NCBI GenBank assembly: GCA_964016885.1
Contig: OZ024743.1
Span: forward strand, 239,072,001 to 239,136,000
From: Eledone cirrhosa
Taxonomy: Eukaryota
Direction of reading: 5' to 3'
Length of the DNA: 64,000 bases
Below the pieces are notes generated by a model that was not told the origin of the DNA, searched no databases, and saw nothing but the letters and a program-made list of their open reading frames with translations. The position numbers and the translations under genes are program-made. Shown piece after piece: positions 53,802 through 64,000 of the stretch (positions are counted from its first letter, which is position 1; each line of letters opens with the position of its first letter).

Positions 53802-55485
53802 ATCTTCATCCTACAGACCCACACTCCCCCCGGTCTGAACTCCCCACCCCTATTCCTTTAGCCTTCGACCGCCTTGTCTCTCCTCCCCCACATATCCCCC
53901 ACTAACACCACTAACATATCCTCCTTTTCACCGCCCACCCCCTTGGCCAACCTTAAACTAACAATAGTAATACCCCACACATCCCGACCACCCTCCTCCA
54001 ACTAACAATATTAAAAACCCCACCCATCCCCCTATCACGCACACACCCACCTATACATATATACACGCACTCACACTATCCACACACCCTACTACCACCA
54101 CTAACCCTCACCCACACATCCACTCCAACCACCCCACAACTAATACCACTAACATCCCCCCGACCCCACGCACACAAACACACACACTCACCCACACCCA
54201 CTTACACCACACACTCTACACACCCTACCACCACAGACCCCCACTAACACACCCGCATTCAACCCTTTCTCCACCACCAGTATACTAACACCCACTAACA
54301 CCCCCTTCACCACACACACACTCATCCAAACACGCACACACACACCAGTACACTACACTCCCTCCATTGTTCCTCACACCATTTTTCTCCTCTCGCCGCT
54401 CCACCCACACCCCTTCAAACACACACACACATCCCACTAACACCTCTACCAATACACACCCCATCCCCCCGCATGACCCCCTCCCCACTCCACCTTTCAC
54501 ACTTACCCATCTTTTCCCCTGTCCACCGCACCTCCGCACACACTGACACACTGACTTTCTCCACCTGTCATTCTCCTCTACTGCTACTATGCCTTCTCCT
54601 GCCTTGACCTTCTGACCACTACTCCGCACACACAGACACACAGTCCTCTCCCCTTGTCATTCTCCTCTACCCTCATCCTGCCTTGACCTTCTGACCACTT
54701 CCTGTTGCGCGCGGACCCCATAACTCCCTTCTTCCGACTACCACAACCAACGGATTACACACCATTGGCCATAGTTCCCACTATTCACTCCATAACATGG
54801 AAAATATCCGGCAGCTCTTCACACCCTCTATGGAACTACCTTAGGAACTTACCCACGGACATACACTCACAATTGTTTTTCGAACCACGCCACCTACATA
54901 CACAAAACGTATAAACACAAACACACACGTGCGTACCCCCACATATATACACACTCAGCCTCTGGAATCCCCCCTCCCCCAGCCCTCTGAACCCTCCCCA
55001 TCCACACGCACACACACACCGACACTACACCTCACCTCACACACACACCTTTTCCTGAACATTGAACCTCATTCTTCCCCCAACTCTCACATTCACATAC
55101 ACACACACACACACACACGTACACCTACACACATACACAACCTTCAGCCCTCCCCACTCGTACCCCCCGCTTCCCTCTCCACACTCCACCGGCTACCATC
55201 CTTACACGCCCCACACACTTCCACCACTTGTTTATCTTCATGTTTATTTTTATTTTTATTTGTACCCCTTCCACCGTTTTTCCTCCCTTTCCTCTCCCCT
55301 TCTTTTTTCTAAATGTCTCTCAACCACACCCCCCACACACCCTCGGAACTCTCTTCCCACCCACTTTTCGCCTGAATAAGGTATTATGCCTGAAACGCCC
55401 CCCCCCCAATCTCAAGAGCGTGAAACTAATAAACCTTTGTTTATACTGCCTCTCTGTTTTGCTCCCATTCTATTTTTCACTATAT
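53800..55485 (+). mobile_element. C/A-rich element ending in a decayed hammerhead and pseudo-LTR-like end
   Basis: CTGAATA AGG-tattatg-CCT GAAA cg at 55372-55397; downstream agcgtgaaactaataa is shared with 21898-21912 (minus); TA flanks. Confidence 0.45.
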
Positions 55486-55604
55486 ATATATATATGATAA
55501 AGAACACAAGTGCGTCTACAACATCAAAAGATTTTTTATTGGCTTACAATGTTTCTTCCTTACGTAACCGTAGGATTCGTCAGAGCTATAAAAGGGGTTT
55601 GGTT

Positions 55605-55681
<77 letters not shown>

Positions 55682-56374
55682 TTATATATATATATATATA
55701 TTTAATACAATAACAGAGAAAGCTTTAAGCTAAACTCCGACTGGTAACCATCTCACTCAACAAACATTAGGTTATACGTTAGTATAATCCCAATTTAGTG
55801 TTTGGGGTGCTAACTATATGTATTTTGTGGAAAGCCAGTTGTATTATTTTATATGAGATATAATTAAAGTTAAAATATATCTCTCTTTCCAAACAATTGT
55901 TTCATTATAAGTTTTCTACAAGTTGGGAGAATGTTTCCAGTTTATGTAGAAGCCTAACATATTTTCCTGTGAGAATATATGTAGGTGGGCACTTATAAAT
56001 CGTCAGTGGATGCCCATTAAACTTTGATATGAGAAAAACATTCCTTACCGCAGTTATTTTTCGTGTCCGCTAAGTTGTCCCTTCCCGCATCGAATGACCG
56101 CCAAATTTGAAATTCCAGCAGTCTTTAGACTGAGGAAGTATCATAGCGTCACGAAGGAGAAAAGGGAGACAATCACGAGTCACGAGAAAAGTAAAATAAT
56201 ATACACGTGGGTTAATTCGTTTTTTCAAAAACATTATCAATCCTGCGTGTTAAGAACTCAATTAATTTAAAAAAAATAAATGTATGCGTGTATTAATTAC
56301 ACACGCATATAGATATTTTCTTAGGCTAAAAACAGAGAAGTGATACCTAAATAACAAACAATATCTCATAACTG

Positions 56375-56445
<71 letters not shown>

Positions 56446-56447
<2 letters not shown>

Positions 56448-56961
56448 TGGCGGACTGGCCAGCTTGCCAGGTGCAACAGAAATGAAACATGGATTATAGG
56501 TTAAAATATAGTCTAGATAGATGAGAAAGAAAACGAGGATGTAGTTTATGGAACACACAAATGATTTAGAGGTCAACCTTAAGTAGGAGCAATAACATTA
56601 AGAAAGACATGAATGACATCACATCATTTTGTATTGAACATTTTGTAAGTAGGTTTATGAGTATGAATTTTCATAAAATTTTCGTAGTTGTCTCGGTGGA
56701 CAAGCAGTAGGTAATAGGGTTCAAACCTGGTCAAGAGGTGCACGTAATCTTTTTCAGTTTTTATTTTACATCCCATAGAAAAAAAAATTAAAAGGTTTAC
56801 CTGGAGCCCTACTCCCGACCATGATCGAACTTAAGACCAGGATCACCACCATATATGATTTCTCCAACCAGGCGGCCGGGACAGCTAAAAAACTATAGCA
56901 TTTTATATGTAGGTGGGCCCCGTTCATCTCCTGGAAACCAATACTTTTAGAGCCAGTCCAC

Positions 56962-56965
<4 letters not shown>
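56446..56965. mobile_element. MITE with 14-bp TIRs inserted in (TA)n
   Basis: AGTGGCGGACTGGC ... GCCAGTCCACCACT (1 mismatch). Confidence 0.8.
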
Positions 56966-56997
<32 letters not shown>

Positions 56998-56999
<2 letters not shown>

Positions 57000-57224
57000 C
57001 GAAAGATTAGTATGGTTCGTAGATAACTCAAAGAATACAATTTTACAATAGATTAGAAGCACTCAACAATCAGTTTTCCTGCCAATACTGGAATTGAATA
57101 ATCAAGACCATAGCGGTATGTCCTATATCAAATCATATATTTTGTCTGATGAAAACGTACTGAAATATATATAATAAAGTATATAATTTGATTATACGAA
57201 TATTCTTCATTTGCTAACATTTCG

Positions 57225-57230
<6 letters not shown>
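56998..57230. mobile_element. Collapsed family A fold-back element
   Basis: Left part resembles tail 3555-3640; right part resembles arm 3815-3970; HHR at 57138-57182 has stem II mostly deleted. Confidence 0.65.
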
Positions 57231-57302
<72 letters not shown>

Positions 57303-57309
57303 ATATATA

Positions 57310-57702
57310 GTTAGAGAAGCAAAAAATTGTTTGTGATCCAGTTTTTTTCAGCCATAATCAAGCAGTATTCATCTGTCGAGGCTGCATTGTGTGAGATCTG
57401 CCTATGGGTAACAACATCTTGCTACCCATAGGCAGATCTCACACAATGCAGCCTCAACAGATGAATACTGCTTGATTATGGCTGACAATTGATACAACCA
57501 GGATACCATAGTGAAACACCAATATATGGAACAGTACATTATGTAACATTCTCTCCTTATTTTAATTTATATTCCTTTGAAGTTCCGATGAGCCGCTCTG
57601 TTTCTAAATATGTTAATTATTTTCAACTGAACCAGATCAATAATGATATATAGTCATCTGATCCAGAAATATTATATGGAGTAGCGAAACAATTGTAAAC
57701 GG
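57310..57702 (+). mobile_element. Fold-back element with a long-stem-II hammerhead remnant
   Basis: 63-bp arms 57348-57410 and 57423-57485; gtt CCGATGA gccgctc...gagtagc GAAA caattg TA aac at 57582-57700. Confidence 0.7.
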
Positions 57703-58054
57703 ACCATCCTTACGGGGTCGATAAAATAAAGTACCAGTAATGCACTGGGGAATTTCTGGCCTTGTGCCAAAAAGTAGAAACAATTATTATTATTAATATT
57801 ATTATTATTATTCTCTACATTCCTCACATCAAACTGAAATATGTTGACAATCTTTTAATAATGTCTTCCTTGTGAAATTTGTGGTCTTGTTTTGCTTAAC
57901 TAATGAATATTTCCAGCTCTGCGAACCTAACTTCTGCATGAACCCAGCCACCTAGCTGCTTTCTACTGCATATTGCACATTGAGCGCATGCCTTTACGCT
58001 TTGGCTTCTAACTAATTTCCATCTCTCTCTTTAAGATTGGTTACTCTTGAACTG

Positions 58055-58306
<252 letters not shown>

Positions 58307-58737
58307 CGAAAACACAAGTGATCAGAGGATTGTTAATTGGATATATTTGTACCTGTCTCTAAGTGTTGACAAGATATTCAGTGGCCCTGTAGTATCTATC
58401 TATCTCTATATCTTACGGTCAATTTATTATTTATTATTATTTTTTTAATTTAAGTATATGTGCCTTTCTTTGGACAAGAACAGCAATAACATCAATAAAG
58501 CACATATCATAATAGCAGTCCGAAAATTGATTGATTAAGAGGCAGAAGCAGACATAGAGAGAACATGGACATCGTAATTTAATGAATTTATAATTGATAA
58601 TAATTAAAGAAAATATGGAAAGAACTTATTGTAATTGATTAAAATAGATATAAAATGAAATACGGTGAGGAGTCGTGACACATGATGTCAAGGAGATTCG
58701 AGCATTCAAGAATCTTTACATAGGATGTTGTAATATT

Positions 58738-58940
58738 GGTTTCTGATTGAGGCGCAACTCCAAAGATTCTGGAAGAGGAGAAAATCTACTAAATCAACCC
58801 CAGTAAATTAATGGTACTTTTTATTTTATCGACCCCGTAAGGATGAAATGCAATGCTAACATCGGTGGGATTTGAACTCAGAACGAAAAGGGTCATAACT
58901 AGATGCCGCAAAGCATGTTATACCGATACTACGAATTCAC
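58738..58940 (-). mobile_element. tRNA-derived SINE (octopus-type)
   Basis: ttttatcgaccccgtaaggatgaaa...gggatttgaactcagaacg. Confidence 0.8.
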
Positions 58941-59249
58941 CGATTTAACTTCGACAGAAATTCACAAAGCGTCGAGGATGGTTGGGTAGCTTTCAATAAT
59001 GTGACAACGTTTCCGATTTCAGTCTAATAATTAGACATTTTTACTATGCTATGCCTTCCTCAAATTCTCTTCTCCTTTTTACGCATTTTATCCCTAGACA
59101 AACATATTGGGTAGAACGCTAATGCTTTGTATGTCAGCTTCAGAAGAACAGCGTAATTTGTAGGGAGAGCTGAGAGAAAGGTGACTGACGTTTTCTAGAT
59201 CAGAACGGAACGTGAAAACGGCAGAATATGAAATTCGGAACATTAACAC

Positions 59250-59760
59250 CTATACATCCACCACCACAAGCACCACCACCACCACTACCACCACCACCAC
59301 CACCACCACCAAAACTACCACTACTACGACACTCGTTAATAGCTATACCGCTACAATCATTATCACCACCACCATCACTATCACCACACTCACGAAAACC
59401 TCTGCCACCACAATCACCATCAACACCAACATTACCTTCGCCAACACCACCATCACCACCACTAACACTTATACCCGGTCACCATCATCCCGACCAGCAC
59501 AACCACCACTATCACGACTAACACTACCACTAACAACAACAAGATCAGCAATAACACCGCTATTACCACCATCACCTCCATTACCATCACGACCAACAGC
59601 ATCATTATCAACACCGCAACAACTAAAGCAATACCACTATTAACACTACTACCACCATAACCACTAACACATATAAAACCAACACCACCAACACCAACAA
59701 CAACAACACCAGCACTAGCAACGCAACCTCCACCATAACTCCTACCTCACCCTTTATTAT
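59250..59760. repeat. Degenerate (ACC)n low-complexity tract
   Basis: It produces the poly-Thr/Pro ORFs. Confidence 0.8.
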
Positions 59761-60196
59761 CCCAAACGCCAAGCTTTCCTCCTTGACGAGAGTTGTGACG
59801 CCAACATAATCAACTCATCCATGACGTTTTTGACGCGTCAACCAAACGAAAATCAGCACAACATTTCTCGGGTTAAGCTTCTATTGAAGTAGATGACGTC
59901 ACAGCATTATCACACCTTCGGCAAAAGATGTTCATTCCTACCGTCACTTCGATCAGTAGAAACAATTATTGTCATCATCAAGACTATCGTCACCATTTCC
60001 ATTCATACCTCCACCAGCCTATCCAACATTAGAATTGCCATTCCTACCACCAGCACGACTGCATTCTCAACTATAATGGCCACTTCCACTACCATCCCCT
60101 CACTATAATTATAACTTCACCTCTACCATTACCTTTGCATCATCATCATCATCATCATCATTATCATCATATTCATCATCATCAACATAATAATGA

Positions 60197-61086
60197 TTTC
60201 TAGTATAGGCACAAGGCCAGCAATTTGGGGGGGGGGGAGGGGAAATTCGATTAAATCGATCCAAGTATGTTACTGGTGCTTTATTTTATCGACCCCGTAA
60301 AGATGAAAGGCAAAGCTAACCTCAGCAGGCTTTGAACTCAGAATGTAAAGGGCCATAATTCATGCTGCACAGCATGGTGTCTGACGCTCTACCGATACTC
60401 CCAATCATAGTAATAATAATTGTTTCTACTTTAGGCACAAGGCCAGCAAATACCCAGTACATTACTGGTACTTTATTTTATCGACCCCCCCCCCCCCCCC
60501 CCTTAAGGATGAAAGGCAAAGTTGACCTCGGCGGGATTTGAACTCAGACTGTAAAGGGACGTAACTATGCTAGAAAACATGGCGTCCAACCCTCTACCGA
60601 TACTGCCAATCCACCTCCTTGATAATAATGGTTTCTTATATAGGCAAAAGGCCAGCAATTTTGGGGGAGGGAAAAGTCGATTAAATCGACCCCAGTGCGT
60701 GACTGGTACTTTATTTTATCGACCTTGTAAGGTTTAAAGGCAAAGTTAATCTCGACGGAATTTGAAAACAGATCATAAAGGGCCGTAACTCTCTGCTGCA
60801 AAGCATGGCATCCGACCATCTACCGATACTGTCAATCCACCACCCTACCGCCCATGATAATAATAGATTCTTATATAAGCACAAGGCCAGTAATTTTGGG
60901 GGAGGGGAAAGTTAATTAAATATAACCCAGTACATTACTGGTACTTTATTTTATCGACCCCGTAAGGATGAAAGGCAAAGTTAACCTCGACGGGATTTGA
61001 ACTCAGACCGTAAAGGGCCGTAACTATGCTAGAAAGCATGGCGTTCGACCATCTATAGATACTGGCATCCACCACCCTACCGCCCT
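60197..61086 (-). mobile_element. Head-to-tail array of four SINE copies
   Basis: Copies at about 60197-60406, 60421-60619, 60630-60854 and 60868-61086, separated by short (TAA)n. Confidence 0.9.
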
Positions 61087-61579
61087 TGATAATAATAATC
61101 AGGAATAATATCATTCAAACACCATTACCACCACCCCTGGAAACACCAACACCTCCACCAAAACCATCAGCACAATTAATTGCTGCCCCCACCACAAGCA
61201 ACACACCCCGTACCATCGCTGTCCTCAATACCACAATAGCCAACATCACCACTGCTACCACCATAACCTCTCCTCCAATATTGCTAATATCTCTTTCATC
61301 AACACCAGCACCAACACCATACCAAACACAGTGTACATCACTGGTCACCTGACCTGCCAAATTTAGCAGCAGAATTCCCTCAAACCGCACACACATTCTG
61401 AAAGAATGAAGGACAATGTAATTCTCTCTCTCTCTCCCTGTATGTATATATGTATACAAATATATATATATATACAAATATATATATATATATATACAAA
61501 TATATATATATATCGTCTTTTTCTCCCTATTTTCATATATATAACTCGTGTGCTCCTTCTCCACATTTTATTATTATTA

Positions 61580-64000
61580 TTATTCACTCCCACACGAGAT
61601 ACAGAAAATGTATACTAAAACAAAAAACAGACTCCACTCTCATTAGCATCAATCAAAAGATACTTCAAGAACTACAAAAAATAAACTTAATTTGTCAATT
61701 CTCACCAACAAACTTAATTCTACAAGTGAAGAAACAATCCCCAAATACACATCCTATGAATATCAACAACTTATGTGAAACAATAAAAACACACCTGAAT
61801 AACAACGCAAATCCTATTCAAGCGAACGAAAAAACACATGGCACTTACAACTTGCCAAAAATAAAATTAATACCACAATGGTACTCATCAGTTAAAAACA
61901 GGAAATTCTCCTTTTGGAAGATGATACAAAATAATAACAAAGCGGAGACCTATGAAAAATGGATTAACTCATCCCCATTAATCCTTCCCCGCAAACTACA
62001 AATTAAATCCATCCCAAACGAACCCGAGACACAAAGACGCCTCAGGGAAAGAATGGCACTTGATAACATAAAAACCGAAATTGAACTTAAATTGAGAGCC
62101 CAAGCAAATGAAAATAGGATCAAATCAATCGACGATGAGATTAATCAAGCAATTATCAATAAAACCAAAGACCTATAAAATATTTCAAAACTATGGTTAG
62201 AGGACTGTAATAAGGAAGTATTAAAATTCCTTCAACGTTGGGAAATAAATGAAACCAGGTTCTCTAACTATGAAACACTTTTCCAAAAAGAACACACATC
62301 CAAGAACCCCTCCATTAAAACCATAACAAGAAAACCCAATCACCACCCAAACACCACACAACAACCAACAACAAAAAAAGCAATACCTCCCCACATACCA
62401 AAAAAAGAAGGCACCACCTCGCCCCTACCTCCTACACCCTCCACATAACTACCACACGGATTCCCAAGCAACAATATAGTAATAGAGAAACATTAGCTAC
62501 AAGATGGACACTACAACTACTCTCCCACCAGGAGAAACCATAGAATTCCCCACACTTACAACCCTCCTAACATCCCCACACAACAAACCCACAACCATCA
62601 TTACTTTCAACAAAGAACCCAAAATACACAACTACCACACATGTCACACAGTGACTCACTATCACACACCAACTATAAGGAAACCCTAATCTACCCTCTT
62701 CCACTAACCACATCCTACTACAATAACACCAGCAGGGGACAATACAACCACACCAGACACCCTAACTACTACAACCACCATAACTACACACCATACAACA
62801 ACAGCAGCAGGACTCAATATAACCACACAAGACAACCCTACTACAACTACCACCAAGTCTACATACCCTACAACAACAGCAGGGCTCAACACAACCATAC
62901 GATACAACCCAACTTCAACACCACCACAACTACACACCCTATAACCACGTCCATCAAATCTACACACCTTACAACAACAACAGCAGGGCTCAATACAACC
63001 ACACGCTACAACCTAACTTCAACAACCACCACAACTTCAGATACAAGGTAACAAGATAACACAAAATGTAATAAAATCGTTAATTTAACCTCTAAAGAAT
63101 TAACAACAGACCAAATCAACATACTCTCCAAAGGTCTGAAATTTACACCAACTCCCCAACAACCAAACTACCCCTAAATGAAGGAGGATATTTCAGAATT
63201 CTGTAGAAAACTAAGACTTAGTGAGCAACTATACGACAAATACAATGAGGATGACTCAATAGCCAGAAATAGAAGCAACTACACCCCACCAAAAGGCAAG
63301 AACTAATTCCCCGATCAATTCTGCGAACACATTACTAATTACCCATACCACCACCTACACAGACATACAGAAAAACCAAACCTAAGCAAAAAAGAATGGA
63401 ATGGTCTTAACGACAAAACCCTAACAATCAAAGAGGAAGATAAAGGGAGTGCAGTAATCCTTATGGGGACAGATTGCTACACGACTCTAGTACTCTCAAC
63501 TCTAGAAAACCAAACATATTACGAAAAGGCCCAACACTACACACAACAGAAAATAATGAGAAACCTAAAATCACCTAACAACCCTTTACAAAGAAGGCCT
63601 TACAGACATATACTACAAACCCTCAGACTCCAAACAATATCTTCCATTCAACTCGTGCCACCCTCGCCATACCAAAATGGCAATTCCTTATAACCTAGCC
63701 AGAAGGATCTGCACAATAGTTTCAGATAAATACACATGCTACACACGACTAGAAGAATTAAAGAACACACTTATCAGCAGAAACTAACCACCATCCCTAC
63801 CTAATCAACAATGGATTCCAACGTGCATTAAAATTCAACACCCAGGAACTCAGACAACCAAAACCCAGGAATGAACTGAAACAGAAAACTCTACCATACA
63901 TCTCCACACTCAACCCCCTCAACAATGAGGCATTCGACACCATGCTCCAGATCATTCCTTTACTAAAAAGAGACCCAAGAATGAACAAAATCCTCCAAAC
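61580..64000 (+). pseudogene. Decayed Penelope-like ORF with the RT core deleted; runs off the window end
   Basis: KIVNLTSKELTTDQINILSKGLKFTPTP, LTIKEEDKGSAVILM, then directly FNSCHPRHTKMAIPYNLARRICTIVSD...LPYISTLNP..LLKRDPRM; same family as 2315-2775. Confidence 0.85.

Noticed and set aside
56690-56740. tRNA-like A/B box sequence
   Set aside because: No cloverleaf; it is a fragment inside a MITE. The SINE heads are likewise not tRNA genes.

Overview
AT-rich, microsatellite-dense animal DNA. It is most likely from an octopod cephalopod; this is inferred from the tRNA-derived SINE family, which I recognise from memory and did not check in a database. No host gene can be called with confidence. 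The window is almost entirely retroelement-derived. It holds one intact 1130-aa R4/Dong-type RT plus restriction-like-endonuclease LINE (37172-40564, minus strand, TAA tail), a decayed L1/Tx1 LINE (about 8400-12750) with other L1 and RTE scraps, many Penelope-like element (PLE) fragments (GIY-YIG and RT), SINEs including a 4-copy tandem array, hAT and Tc1-type MITEs, and Helitron-like ends. The most striking signal is a dense, multi-family set of short non-coding fold-back (palindromic) elements sitting in (TA)n microsatellites. They carry about 20 intact or decayed type I hammerhead ribozyme (HHR) motifs, many with palindromic minimal stem III, and share a recurring hairpin-plus-one-sided-tail architecture. 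Variants include a U3:A8 compensatory core, a roughly 105-nt stem II, and a repeated G12>A change confined to one arm. All coordinates and pairings were read by eye and may be off by a few bases.
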